A stretch of DNA of 64,000 nucleotides, from the NCBI RefSeq assembly GCF_009914755.1, contig NC_060932.1; one strand, given 5' to 3'. This stretch comes from the human T2T-CHM13v2.0 reference genome, Homo sapiens. Both the position numbers and the translations under genes were made by a program. The notes beneath the pieces are model-generated. The model searched no databases. It saw only the letters and a program-made list of their open reading frames with translations, and had not been told where the DNA came from. Below are positions 41,101 through 60,523 of this stretch, one piece after another. Numbering within the stretch: the first letter of the stretch is position 1; the number at the start of each line of letters is the position of its first letter.

Positions 41101-42586
41101 CAAAATACTGCTTTCTTCAGTTATATGACCTAAATACACAATTTTCGAATTCCTTAATTTCTGTACTCTTTACCTGTTTCTAAGCACCTCCCACATAGGA
41201 AACTCTCACTTAGCTTCTATTTCCCTTCACAAGCAGCCAAATTTAAGAAAGTAAATTGTTCTGTCACAAGTTATCGATCTTGCTGTATTTGCCTTATAAT
41301 TGTGGTTAAACCTTTGTCTCTGCTATCCTGTCTTCTTTCTATACCTAAGTCCACATCTCACTGGCACTAATACGCTGTGTTTCTTTATGAGCCCTATTGC
41401 AAAATATATAGTCTCCCATCTGAGGCATTCTGTCTGTACATTTCCTGAGGCAAAAGGCCATGATGTACTTTTATTACTATCCTTTGCACTTGCCAGCTGA
41501 CCCTTTCAAAATCTAAAGAATCTCTCAGAATGTTGGATTACCTCTTTCTGTATACTTCTTACTCAGGCTTATTTTGTGTATTGAAGAATTATATAAAAAT
41601 GTAAGATTTTTCTACCACACCTGACTTTACTTATATATTGTATAATTATGTGTTTAGCTCAGTGAGATAAACAGCTCCTAGAAGTTACATCCGCTTTAAA
41701 ATAACAGGGATGATCAGAATTACATTGCACAGTTGTCATTAATAAAAGAGAAAGCATGTAGGAATGGGTGTTAACTGATTAAGAAAATGAGTTATTTTTT
41801 AACTAGCAATAAAAGATGAGATGTAAGTGACAGAAGAGACAGGAATGCAATCTAAAAATTGAGAAGAAATAGCCATAAAAAGGAGGAATTATTTAATATA
41901 ATTTAAGATTATAGCTGAAAATAAGAAGTGAAATATAATCTGTATGTTGATCTAAATATCAAAGAATAAGGCATGTTATTAAAAGCAACACTTACCCAAA
42001 AATAAATTTGAGAAATAAATGTTTGCATAATTTTAACAATTATTTTAATAGTTTAAATATGTAATTACTTAATATTTTATCAAATATAGACCTTTCAATA
42101 AAGGTAAGAAAGATAGATGAATGAATGTGTTAGAAAGAAAATGATAACTGATTAATAGGCTATTCTAATTTGTAACATTGTCTCTTAAATACATAATTTA
42201 ATTTTACTTCTATTTTTTTCAAAAGACTATACATATAAGTGGTATAAGTTAAGATTAAAGCTATATCTATATACAAAGCACTTAAAAAATAGTTTAATCA
42301 GTTGAGTGTTAAATATGCCTTTTCTTCCAAAATGGATTGTGTGGGTAAATACAACCTACAACCTGAAATATTTCTGTAATATTTTCTTAATGGAAGACTT
42401 TAAAAGGTGGTAAAGAGCAATGATTTTGTCATCATAATACCTGGATTCCAATTCTGATTCAGTTTTACTGTCAATGTGACTTCTTTACAGTACCTAAATT
42501 CCTTCAATAGTACAATGTGAATATTTCTTGATATATTGTAACTATGGACTCATTAAATGTTAACTATCATATTTATTAAGAATATT

Positions 42587-43173
42587 AAGTCAGTGTGGCG
42601 ATTCCTCAGGGATCTAGAACTAGAAATACCATTTGACCCAGCCATCCCATTACTGGGTATATACCCAAAGGACTATAAATCATGCTGCTATAAAGACACA
42701 TGCACACGTATGTTTATTGCGGCATTATTCACAATAGCAAAGACTTGGAACCAACCTAAATGTCCAACAATGATAGACTGGATTAAGAAAATGTGGCGCA
42801 TATACACCGTGGAATACTACACAGCCATAAAAAATGATGAGTTCATGTCCTTTGTAGGGACATCGATGAAATTGGAAACCATCATTCTCAGTAAACTATC
42901 GTAAGGACAAAAAACCAAACACCGCATGTTCTCACTCATAGATGGGAATTGAACAATGAGAACACATGGACACAGGAAGGGGAACATCACACTCTGGGGA
43001 CTGTTGTGGGGTGGGAGGAGGGGGGAGGGATAGCATTAGGAGATATACCTAATGCTAAATGACGAGTTAATGGGTGCAGCACACCAGCATGGCACATGTA
43101 TACATATATAACTAACCTGCACATTGTGCACATGTACCCTAAAACTTAAAGTATAATAATAATTAAAAAAAAA
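42587..43173 (+). mobile_element. 5'-truncated L1PA3-like element (~590 bp)
   Basis: ORF2 C-terminus [17 protein letters not shown]...LSKLS; 3'UTR aatgctaaatgacgagttaatgg; A tail. Confidence 0.93.
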
Positions 43174-44034
43174 ATTATTATTTTCTCAGAAATCAAACTA
43201 GGTTTTGAACTCAGGGACTGATATGCCTGGAAATTTTTCATTCAATTGAGTATATGTACTAGACATTTATCATGTGGAAAGTTCTCTTGTATTCTTTTTG
43301 CTGCCATGTTAATGGCACCAGCGGTTTCCATTCATAGATACAAATAAAGAAAATATGAGCAGCACCTACTCAATATTTGAGGTAGAGGAAAAAAAGGTAC
43401 AATTTTGAAGTCAGAGCACATTTTAAATGAAGAAATTCTTGAAGAGAAGGTCCTAGGAGTTTTGATATGATTATCAGGAAGACATGATTAGAAATGGTAA
43501 AATTTATCCCATGGTCTTCATTAATTGTATTTTATACAAAGAGAAATCAACCAGCAGGGGAGACTATACAGTGAGACAATGATGAATAAAGAAACAAAAG
43601 AAGGAGGTGCAAGTGAAAGCAATAGCCTGAGGTATGGCTTTATTTGTTTTAGGCCTTTGCCATGTCTCTGTTTATTCTGATTTAGTGTAGGAGCTGGTCA
43701 TTACCTCAGAAAAGAGTCTGATTTAGTTTACCTAAATTCCTAACATCTCAACAATTAATAATAATAAACAAATTTAAAGCAGCATGTTAGGTGTAAGGTT
43801 GTGATGGTGTATATTCTCCATATAGAAAATTATACAATATTTCAACATGAAAAAGCAATTAAAGAATATGCAACCAAAATTAAAATATGTATTCAAATAG
43901 AGTAACTTGTAGAGTTTTAAATACATGCAGAATCAAATTGTGCAACAAGTATAACAAAATAGATCAGGAAGGTAGTTATAGTTGAAGCGTTCTAAGGTTC
44001 CAGCATTAAGTAAATGTCAAACCAAAGGAAGAAA

Positions 44035-44150
44035 CTGAGGCAAAATTAAAATAAGTAGATAGCTCATTTGGGCCAAGGTTGAGGACTGCAGCCCAGGAGA
44101 CATAGATTCAAGTTGCCCTGAGTATAAGCTCTGATTAGCAGTAGTTACAA
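44035..44150 (-). mobile_element. ERV1 LTR fragment (MER4-group-like)
   Basis: gaaactgaggcaaaatt...atttgggccaaggttgaggactgcagcccagga...tcaagttgccctga. Confidence 0.5.
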
Positions 44151-45321
44151 CATCATAAACAAAATTTAGCTAATTGTTATGTCTAGAATATGGTGCTAAA
44201 TTCCTATAGGTTTTTGTTGTTGTTGTTAAAGTACACAGGGAGCATTTACCAAAAGTATTGTATAACGGGCTGTTTTAAAGAAAATATTAACTAAATTCAA
44301 GAGTTTTGTGTATTAAAATTATGTATGTTCTCTGATATAATAGGTTTAAAATATGAATCAATAACTTAAGAATTAGAAATTAATCCTCCAAAGTATAGCA
44401 AATTAACCCCAAATAAAATTGATAGAAAAAATGCAAAGTTAGTACAAAACCAGAAATTAGTATGAAAAACACTAACATACAATTAAGAAAAATTTAACAA
44501 AACTAAAAATTGGTTCTTTATAAACAAAATTGAAATTGATAAGCTCTGGCGAGATCGATAAAGTACCATTATCAATATCAAGGATAAAAAGAGGACGTTA
44601 CTTCAATTTCTGTAAACACTACAAGTTAGTAAGAACATGTTATGAAGGACCTTATGCCTATAAACTTCAAATATTTGAATAAATAAGAAAGTGTTTTGTA
44701 AACAACAAGTTAAAATGTACTGCAATATTCAATAGAAGAAGCAGACTATCTGAAACGAAATGGGTTCTCCTTTGAATATTTAATTTTAGGTGTAAGACTT
44801 TCATTCAAAGAAATATTCAGGTCCAAATGGCCTCATTGATGAAATTTAAAAAATAAAAATAACTTCAGCTTATATACGATCTTCTAGAGAACAAAAAATA
44901 GCAAATAATCTTCAGTGCATTTATGGCACCACCGTAATCTGATACAAAATGTGGGAAGTATGTAGTCTTTAAAAAAGTATATGTATATGGTCTTTAAAAA
45001 AGAATATTCAAGCCAGTCTCTCTTAGGTGAAAATCTTAGATGCAATACCTAAACAAATAGTATATTATGAGAAAAAAATTACATATAAGGGCCAGAGACT
45101 TCTCAATTTAGTATAGCATATGAAATTATAAATTCTAGAAGCTCAGAGAACCCAAAGATGATAAATAAGAAGATCACTATAGCTGGCACATTTTAGACAA
45201 GCTGCTGACAATCAAAACTTAACAAAAATATTGAAAGCAGCTAGAAAGAGAAAAGGATAGTTTACCATAACAAACAATGAATTAAATGAGCAGAAATTTT
45301 TCATCATAAATGGTTGAGGCA

Positions 45322-45646
45322 AGCTGGGCATGGTGGCTCATGCCTGTAATCCCAGCACTTTGGGAGGCTGAGGCAGGCCGATCGCCTGAGGTTGTGAGAT
45401 CAAGACCAGACTGGCTAACGTGGTGAAGCCCTGTCTCTACTAAAAATACAAAAATTAGCCCGGATTGGTGGTGCATGTCTGTAATCCCAGCTATTCAGGA
45501 GGCTGAGGCAGGAGAATCGCTCGAACCTGAGAGGTGGATGTTGTAGTGAGCCGAGATGGCGCCACTGCACTTCAGCCTGGGCGACAGAGCGAGACTCCAT
45601 CTCAAAACAAAACAAACAAAACAAAACAAAACAAAACAAACACAAT
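45322..45646 (+). mobile_element. AluS, full length with (CAAAA)n tail
   Basis: Alu body; TSD aaat(g/a)gttgaggc at 45308-45320 and 45734-45746 encloses the GAA tract as well. Confidence 0.95.
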
Positions 45647-45736
45647 AAGAAGAAGAAGAGGAAGAAGAAGAAGAGGAGGAGGAGGAGGAAGAAGAAGAAG
45701 AAGAAGAAGAAGAAGAAGAAAAAGAAGAAAAAGAAA
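45647..45736 (+). repeat. Compound (GAA)n/(GGA)n purine trinucleotide tract
   Basis: Read directly; longest uninterrupted run (GAA)11 at 45688-45720. Confidence 0.95.
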
Positions 45737-46224
45737 TAGTTGAGGCGGAAGACAGTTGTCCAACACCTACTAATGCTGAGAGAAAACAACTGTCAAGCCA
45801 GAAATCTATATCCTGTGAAAATATTCATCAAATATGAAGGTAAAATAAAATTTTTGCTGATAAAATCAGACTAAGATAACTTATCATTCATGGAAGTGTT
45901 CTACAAGAACAGGTTTAAAAAAAAAGTTCTTCAGGCTGAAGGGAAATAATTTCAGATGAAAATTTAGACCTCCAAGAGAAATGAAGATCATTGAATATGG
46001 TAAATATCTGGGTACACGTTTAAGTCCATTTTTTCTCTTAATTTCTTTTAGATATGCATTAATGTTTAAAGAAAGACATATATGTAACATTTTCTTGTGG
46101 AATTTACAGATTATGAAAATGTAATACCTATGACAATTCCAACTAAAATTTTGTTGGAATGCATGGGTAAATGGTTTCATATTGTTGTGAGGTTTCTACT
46201 TTTCACATGGCTTGGGTTAATATT

Positions 46225-46288
46225 ATAGGTTGATGCAAAAGTAAGCGTGATTTTTGCCATTACTACAATTACTTTTGCACCAACCTAA
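46225..46288. mobile_element. MADE1 (Hsmar1-derived MITE) with internal deletion
   Basis: taggttgatgcaaaagtaa ... ttacttttgcaccaaccta inverted termini flanked by TA. Confidence 0.9.
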
Positions 46289-46764
46289 TACTTCGGAGTA
46301 GAAGTTGACACGTAAAGAAATTATATTGTAATTTTTAGTACTACCACTCTCAATCTACTGTAAAGAGGTAAAATAAAAACATAAGCAAATTAAAATAGGA
46401 TTTTTAAAAATATTCACACAATCTGGGAGAAAACATAAAACTCTCTTTATGATTACTTTGATTTTCATATCTGAAGTTGATGATACTTTGCCTTCTGTCT
46501 TTCTGATAATATTCCTTAGATTTTGTTCTTGTTTATTTCCTAAAGTCATGTTTTCAGAAGTATCAGAAAATAAACGTGATGATAGTGCATATCCTTAACG
46601 AGGCCTGAGGAGTGATTAGAATTTCATCTTTCAAAATACTTCCATTTTTTATATCAATGTATGCGTGTAGGAAATAATTTTAATACATAAGACTTTATCC
46701 TATTTTAATTTCCCTTTTAAAAATCTAGAATAGAGGCGAATTTTTTTTTTAAAATATCCACTTG

Positions 46765-48928
<2,164 letters not shown>

Positions 48929-49067
48929 CTATCAAGTTGAATATAAGGTATACATCATTTGTCATATTAATATGGTGACTAATAGGATAAATTTACCAAT
49001 TATGTATCAGCATTGTATTCTTGAAATAAAATTTACTTGGATATTGACTCATTATTTCCTTTCATGT

Positions 49068-50382
49068 GTTTTTTTTTTATTTTTAAAATGTCAACTTTTA
49101 TTTTTGATTCAGAGGGTTCTTGTGCAATTTTGTTACATAGGTAGATTGCATGATGCTGAGTTTTGGGGTACAATTGATCCCATCACCCAAAGAGTTACCA
49201 TAGTACCCAATAGTTTCTTTTTTAAACCTTGTCCCACCCCTTTCCTCCTCCCTCTGGTAGTCCTGGTGACTGTGACTATTGTCATCCTTATACCCATGAG
49301 TACTCAATGTTTAGCTTCCATTTATAAGTGAGAACATGTGATATTTGGTTTTCTGTTCTTGCTTTAATTATCTTAGGGTAATTGCTTCCACCTGCATCCA
49401 TGTTGCTGTAAAGGGTATGATTTCATTTTTTTTTATGGCTACATAGTATTCCGTGGTGTGTATGTACTATATTTTCTTTATCCAATCCACTGTTGATGGG
49501 CACCTAGGTCTTTGCCATTGTGAATAGTGCTGCTGTGAACATAACGAATGCAGGTGTCTTTTTGGTAGAGTGATTTATTTACTTTTTGGATATATACCAA
49601 GTAATGAAAGGCTGGGTTGAATGGTAGTTCTGTTTTAAGTTCTTTGAGAAATCTCCAAACTGTTTTCCACATTCCTACCAACAGTGTATAAGCGTTTACA
49701 TTCCTACCAACAGTGTATAAGCACTCCCTTTTCTCTACAGCCTTGTGGGCAAATGTGTTTTTTCTCATTTTTTAATAATCACCATTATGCCCAGTGTGCA
49801 TAGTATCTGATGATTTTCATTTGCATTTCTCTGGTGATTAGTGGTGTTGAGCATTTTTAAAAATATGTTTGCTGACCACTTGTATGTTTTATTTTGAGAA
49901 GTATCTGGTCATGTCTTATGATAAGTTTATAATGGGGTTGTTTTTAGCTTTTGAATTGCTTAAGTTCTTATAGATTCTGGATATTAGGCCTTTGTTGGAT
50001 GCACCGTTTGCGAACACTTTCTCCCATTCTGTAAGGCATCTGTTCCCTCTGTTGATAGTTTCTTTTGGTATGCCGAAGCTGTTAGTTGAATTAGGTCCAA
50101 CTTGTCAATTTTTGTTTTTGTTGCAATGTTTTTTGAGGACTTAGTCAGAAATTCTTTCACAAGGCCAGTGTCCAGAATGGTGTTTCCTAGTCTTCTTCTA
50201 GGATTATTATAGTTTGAGGTCTTCCATTTAAATCTTTTATTCATCTTCAGTTAATTTATGTATATGGTGAAAGATATGGAACCAGTTTCATTCTTCTGCA
50301 TATGGCTATCCAATTTTCCCAGCACTATTTATTGAATAGAGAGTCTCTGTCCCAATGCTTATGTTTGTCAACTTTGTTGAAG
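49068..50382 (-). mobile_element. Older primate L1 (L1PA13-16/L1PB-like) 3' part
   Basis: 3'UTR ttgcatgatgctgag...tgatcccatcaccca; ORF2 remnants WKTVWRFLKELKTELPF and [11 protein letters not shown]. Confidence 0.9.
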
Positions 50383-51531
50383 AATTATGATTATTTTCAA
50401 TTTTACTGTTCTTTTTGCTAAATTTATCAGATATTATTTTCATTAGTATTATACCCACTTCTTTTAAAAATGCCAAATATTATATTTTTGTGATATTTTA
50501 TTTAAGCCCTTGAATTTCATTTATGAACCTTGAACTTTTATTTGACAGGTCATTTTAAAAAATTATTTAACTTCTTGAGAAATTATTTATTTACTGCTTT
50601 TTACTGTTTTATAGTTCCTCTGCTTTATGATACAATTTTTGTACGTATTATTTTCCTTTCTTTTGGGTAGTATGCTTTTTTCTTTCATTGTCTTTGCATT
50701 ATGTATGATACAGTTACATTGTAGTTATTTTATCATCATTAGTTATTTTTGAATAATGATCATGCTTTCTCGTGTGGCTTTTATTCAATACATGTTTAGA
50801 GAAAGGGCTAGGGTCAGGAACTCCAGCATGGAGCTAATAGGATGATGCCTATTATTTCAGTGAATTTTCTCACCACATTTTGCCCTAGAGGTTTGACTTT
50901 GCTTCAGGCTAGCTTGCTGTCTTCCTTGTTGACAACATAGCACTCTGTCAAAGGTCCTGTAGTTACGGTCTTAACACGGGTTTCCTTCAGCTGACCACAA
51001 TTATCAGCTGCAGAGTGGACTGTTCCTCCATTTATTAGGGTTCAGCGTTCAGTTTGCAATCCCACATAGAACAGGAAAAGTTTTAGTTGCTTCTATCTTT
51101 ATGATGATTTTCTATCTACTTATGGAGAACTCTGACCACTGCATATAACCCTGCAGAAGTATGTTTTTATACTCAGCATTATCCCTTGATTGTTAATACA
51201 GCAGCATATTTAAAAGCTGGTTTAATTAGTTTACAGTTTGAGGTTGTGAATAGTTTCTAGTTCTGTTAAATATTGAAATTTTCTTTTTCACTTTTTATTG
51301 CTACATTTTCTTTAATATGTCATTTGCTTTGTATTCAGGGTGGTAAATACTTTTACAATGGTTTATGTTCTTCAAACTTTAACAACTGTTTTCTTTGTGT
51401 GTGTGTATGAGGTATATATTAATCTCTTTCCTATCTTATACTTGCATTATAAATTAGGAAACTAAATGTTTGCCGTAGTATCACAATTCCTTTATTTCAT
51501 AAAATTTGCTGAGCACTTTTAAATTTGATGG

Positions 51532-51535
<4 letters not shown>

Positions 51536-51587
<52 letters not shown>

Positions 51588-51597
51588 CACACACACA
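51536..51597. repeat. (TA)n(CA)n compound microsatellite
   Basis: Read directly. Confidence 0.95.
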
Positions 51598-52470
51598 ATA
51601 ATTTTACCTACTTTATCTTCCCTAATGATTATGTTTTTTTAAAAAAAATAAGAATAGAGGATTAAAATTCGAATATTTAAGAAAAAGAAGTATATGAATT
51701 AACTAGTTTTCTAAACTTCTTGCTTGAGGGTAAACTACGTAGTTCCATTAAATGCAATTTGTATATGTGGAGAATAGTGAGGTCTATGTTGCTGTTATTG
51801 TTTTAACTTAAAATCATGATTGTAAATAGTACCCCTAAAACAGTGGTGAAGCACCTAAGAACAGCTTTCCATCCAACAAATTTCCTAAATGGCTTTTCAA
51901 TTTATAGCCCAATAATTGATGTCAGAATTTACTATAGCCAGATTGTGACAAATATAACGGCACCGAGAAACCAGTCTATGGTTCTCAGACTGGCACTCCA
52001 AATGCATCCTAAGACAGTGTTTATCACTCCCCCACATTCCATTTCTTGGCCATCTCACCTGTACAATCTGGCACTCTATCTGGATACATATTTTTTGTTT
52101 TAATTTTCACATAAAATTCTTACTTTTAATGCGCATTAACTCATTCATTTAAGATATATTTATAACAACTATCTATACATCAAGCACTATTCTAGGCAAA
52201 GTTAACAGATCAAAATTTCTATTCTTATAAAGATTATAACCTGATAAAGGAACACAGACAATAAATAACCAAATACATAGTATGTCAAATGATGACAAAT
52301 GCTATGAAAAACAAAATTTGTGAATAAAGGCATAGAGTGTGTAGGGAGCCCTGTTTTCAAAAGTGTTCAGAGGATATCACAGATGAGACGACATTTGAAC
52401 AAATAAATGGAGGAATTGAAGGTCTGATCCATGCAGATATCTAGGAATGACCTTTAAAGACAGAGGTAAC

Positions 52471-52800
52471 AGCCCGGGTGTGGTGGCTCATGCCTGTAAT
52501 CCCAGTACTTTGGAAGGCCAAGGCGAGCGGATCAACTGAGGTTGGGAGTTGAAGACCAACCTGACCAACATGGAGAAACCCCGTCTCTAGGAAAAATACA
52601 AAATTAGCCAGGTGTGGTGGCGCATGCCTGTAATCTCAGCTACTCAGGAGGCTGAGACAGGAGAATTGCTTGAACCCGGGAGGTGGAGGTTGTGGTGAGC
52701 CGAGATTGTGCCATTGCACTCCAGCCTTCCAGCCTGGGTAACAAGAGCAAAACTCTGTCTAAAAAAACAAAAACAAAAACAAACAAACAAACAAAAAACA
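52471..52800 (+). mobile_element. AluSp-like
   Basis: aacatggagaaaccccg and aacaagagcaaaactc diagnostics; (CAAA)n tail; TSD acagaggtaa on both sides. Confidence 0.93.
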
Positions 52801-53767
52801 CAGAGGTAATGGAAATGAAAAGTACTTGAGTACTTAATATGTTTAATAACATCAAAGGGTATGTGTGACTGGTATACAGCTAGCAAATTAGGGTATGGAA
52901 GGAGTTGATATCAGTAGTATCATGGAGCCAAAACATAATAAGGACGTTGGATTTTATTCTGAGAGAGAGGAGAAAGCATTAGAATTTTAGCAGAGATGTG
53001 GTATGGTATGCCATTAATCACTCCTTTTGTCATATTGAGAATTCCTGTTGTGGTGAGGTATAGAAAATGCCATAAGTGTATTGGAGGGAAAGGGTAATTC
53101 TGGAAATCAGAAAGCTATTGCAATAAATCAGGATAGAAGAGAAGATGGCTTGGAATGTTGTTGTGGTGGTGGTAGTGGTGAGAGATCAGATTCTTGATAT
53201 ATTGTGAAAGTAGACCCATGATGTTTTACTGTTGGAATTTTTGTGGGAGAAAAATAGTAGTCAAAGATAACTACATAGTTTTTAACTGTAAAATAAAATA
53301 ATAGTTTGCCATTAATAAACGTGAAAGAAAGCATGGGGAAGGAGCAGATTCTAAGGGTATAAGCCAAATGGGTATGTGGAATAGACAGACATAGAAGTTG
53401 GGAATTTAGGAAAGGTCTGAAATTTAAAAATTGGTATTTATCAATAACTTACTTATATGGTATTTATGATCATAAGAATAAATGAAATTACCTATGACAG
53501 ATGTATACTGAGAAAACAGGAAGTCTGTAGTAGGTTCTAGAGTGTATCAAAATGTAGAGGTAGGAACAATGAACACCTTTCAAAAAGAGAATGAGTCCAG
53601 TAACGTAAGCGGATAAAGAAAAGGGAATGGTATTCTCAAATTGGAGTCTGTTCCTAAGGCAATGGAAGGATAGATAGCAGAATGATTTTGTATAGAAACT
53701 TCCCATTCACAAGAGTTTTACTTTAAAGAGATCAGAGGAGTGGGAAAGTACCTGAAACAGAAGATGG

Positions 53768-53790
53768 TGTGTGTGCGTGCATGCGTGCAT

Positions 53791-53826
<36 letters not shown>
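53768..53826. repeat. (TG)n/(TGCG/TGCA) microsatellite
   Basis: Read directly. Confidence 0.95.
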
Positions 53827-53828
<2 letters not shown>

Positions 53829-54394
53829 GGTTAGGCAATATTAAAGCTTCCTGTTTATATCCTGGTAGAGATGACTCAGCAAAAACAAAGATAAAAATAA
53901 ATCATGATGCAGAAGACACTGGGCAATTTTAAATGCAAAGTCAGTGAATGGGAAGAAAAAAGTGGGATCTAGTGCACCTATGATATTGTTCTTACTCAGC
54001 AGCATGAGCTGTTCATTCTGGAAGGAGAAAGAATGCCAGGAGGCAGACATAGGCATGTTCATACAATTTGGAGGTAGAAAAATGTGGACATTCATTTTCT
54101 TATTACCTCTGTATTCTCAACATACCTGGAAAAAATGCAACAGCTATAGCTAAGCAGAGGCAAGAAGTAGAGTACATTTGAAGAGACAGGAAACATTGTA
54201 GGGGTGGGGGCAAATGTCCCCTCTAAAAGTAGGAGAGTGAATTTAAAAAGTATTAGAATGTTCAGAAAGCACTGAGGGCACATTTAAGGTATTGTGGCAT
54301 GAATTTAAAATAACACCAGTTAACATGGCTGTTTCTCTATGGCTAAATTCTGCTACTTGAAAGCTGCCTCAACAATATAAATCATGATGGATGA

Positions 54395-54436
<42 letters not shown>
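54395..54436. repeat. (ATAG)~10 tetranucleotide STR
   Basis: Read directly. Confidence 0.95.
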
Positions 54437-54712
54437 CAGCTATGCATAGATAAAAATGATGTGGCCTGCTAACCAAATACAGATTAATAATTTGCTCTTT
54501 TTTTAAGGTCACATTCAACTCAGCCCCAGATTAATAGCTTTTCCCAACTCCTCTATTTTATGGATATTTTTAAAGAAATTTCCAGCTCAGAATTTTCTTT
54601 TACTCTCAAAGAGTTTTTATATAGCATTACCAAAGTTTTTGCAGACTAAATCCTTCAATTCTGGAATTATTACCTCAGATCTCATCTATCTTTCAGATAA
54701 AACAGCTATTCT

Positions 54713-55620
54713 GAGGAGGAGCCAAGATGGCCGAATAGGAACAGCTCCGGTCTACAGCTCCCAGCATGAGCGACACAGAAGATGGGTGATTTCTGCATTT
54801 CCATCTGAGGTACCGGGTTCATCTCACAAGGGAGTGCCAGACAGTGGGCGCAGGTCAGTGGGTGCGCGCACCATGCGCGAGCCGAAGCAGGGCGAGGCAT
54901 TGCCTCACTTGGGAAGGGCAAGGGGTCAGGGAGTTCCCTTTCTGAGTCAAAGAAAGGGGTGACGGACTCACCTGGAAAATCGGGTCACTCCCACCCGAAT
55001 ATTGCGCTTTTTGGACCGGCTTAAAAAAAACGGTGCACCACGAGATTACATCCTGCACCTGGCTCGGAGGGTCCTACGCCCACGGAGTCTCGCTGATTGC
55101 TAGCACAGCAGTTCTGAGATCAAACTGCAAGGAGGCAGCGAGTCTGGGGGAGGGGCGCCCGCCATTGCCCAGGCTTGCTTTGGTAAACAAAGCAGCTGGG
55201 AAGCTCCAACTGGGTGGAGCCCACCACAGCTCAAGGAGGCCTGCCTGCCTCTGTAGGCTCCACCTCTGGGGGCAGGGCACAGACAAACAAAAAGACAGCA
55301 GTAACCTCTGCAGACTTAAATGTCCCTATCTGACAGCTTTGAAGAGAGCAGTGGTTCTCCCAGCACGCAGCTGGAGATCTGAGAACGGGCAGACTGCCTC
55401 CTCAAGTGGGTCCCTGACCCCTGACCCCCGAGCAGCCTAACTGGGAGGCACCCCCCAGCAGAGGCAAACTGACATCTCACACGGCAGGGTATTCCATCAG
55501 ACCTGCAGCTGAGGGTCCTGTCTGTTAGAAGGAAAACTAACAAACAGAAAGGACATCCACACCAAAAACCCATCTGTACATCACCATCATCAAAGACCAA
55601 AAGTAGATAAAACCACAAAG
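54713..55620 (+). promoter_or_regulatory. L1 5'UTR internal sense and antisense promoter region
   Basis: YY1 motif AAGATGGCC at ~54724-54732; CpG-rich; ~900-bp length typical of L1PA2/L1HS. Confidence 0.85.
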
Positions 55621-56633
55621 ATGGGGAAAAAACAGAACAGAAAAACGGGAAACTCTAAAATGCAGAGCGCTTCTCCTCCTCCAAAGGAACGCAGTTCCTC
55701 ACCAGCAACGGAACAAAGCTGGATGGAGAATGACTTTGACGAGCTGAGAGAAGGCTTTAGACAATCAAATTACTCTGAGCTACGGGAGGACATTCAAACC
55801 AAAGGCAAAGAAGTTGAAAACTTTGAAAAAAATTTAGAAGAATGTATAACTAGAATAAACAATACAGAGAAGTGCTTAAAGGAGCTGATGGAGCTGAAAA
55901 CCAAGGCTCGAGAACTACGTGAAGAATGCAGAAGCCTCAGGAGCCGATGCGATCAATTGGAAGAAAGGGTATCAGCGATGGAAGATGAAATGAATGAAAT
56001 GAAGCGAGAAGGAAGTTTAGAGAAAAAAGAATAAAAAGAAATGAGCAAAGCCTCCAAGAAATATGGGACTATGTGAAAAGACCAAATCTACATCTGATTG
56101 GTGTACCTGAAAGTGATGGGGAGAATGGAACCAAGTTGGAAAACACTCTGCAGGATATTATCCAGGAGAACTTCCCCAATCTAGCAAGGCAGACCAACGT
56201 TCAGATTCAGGAAATACAGAGAACGCCACAAAGTTACTCCTCGAGAAGAGCAACTCCAAGACACATAATTGTCAGATTCACCAAAGTTGAAATGAAGGAA
56301 AAAATGTTAAGGGCAGCCAGAGAGAAAGGTCGGGTTACCCTCAAAGGGAAGCCCGTCAGACTAACAGCGGATCTCTCGGCAGAAACCCTACAAGCCAGAA
56401 GAGAGTGGGGGCCAATATTCAACATTCTTAAAGAAAAGAATTTTCAACCCAGAATTTCATATCCAGCCAAACTAAGCTTCATAAGTGAAGGAGAAATAAA
56501 ATACTTTACAGACAAGCAAATGCTGAGAGATTTTGTCACCAACAGACCTGCCCTAAAAGAGCTCCTGAAGGAAGCGCTAAACATGGAAAGGAACAACCGG
56601 TACCAGCCGCTGCAAAATCATGCCAAAATGTAA
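55621..56633 (+). pseudogene. L1 ORF1p (RNA-binding chaperone), frameshifted
   Basis: MGKKQNRKTGNSK... (55621-56034) and ...RYQPLQNHAKM (56073-56633) lie in different frames; 1-nt deletion near 56011; also a 3-nt deletion (ELREGFR). Confidence 0.95.
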
Positions 56634-56669
56634 AGACCATTGAGTCTAGGAAGAAACTGCATCAACTAA

Positions 56670-60523
<3,854 letters not shown>

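Larger units (their letters stand above)
44150..46420 (+). mobile_element. Old L1M fragments (ORF2-like then ORF1-like pieces), interrupted by an Alu and a MADE1
   Basis: aaaattggttcttt...aaattgataagctctggc; aggtccaaatggcctcattgatgaa; aactgtcaagccagaaatctatatcctgtgaaaatattc. Confidence 0.65.
52138..54340 (-). mobile_element. L2 LINE remnant, interrupted by an Alu and (TG)n
   Basis: tcattcattt...aagcactattctaggc 3' end; gacatttgaac, ggattttattctgag, gctattgcaataaatcagg motifs; distal boundary approximate. Confidence 0.75.

Noticed and set aside
54950-55286. L1 ORF0, or the 70-aa antisense ORF 55074-55286
   Set aside because: True ORF0 (MAGAPPP..., ATG at 55165) is frameshifted by an extra base near 55112 and stops early; the 70-aa ORF is a different frame, open by chance
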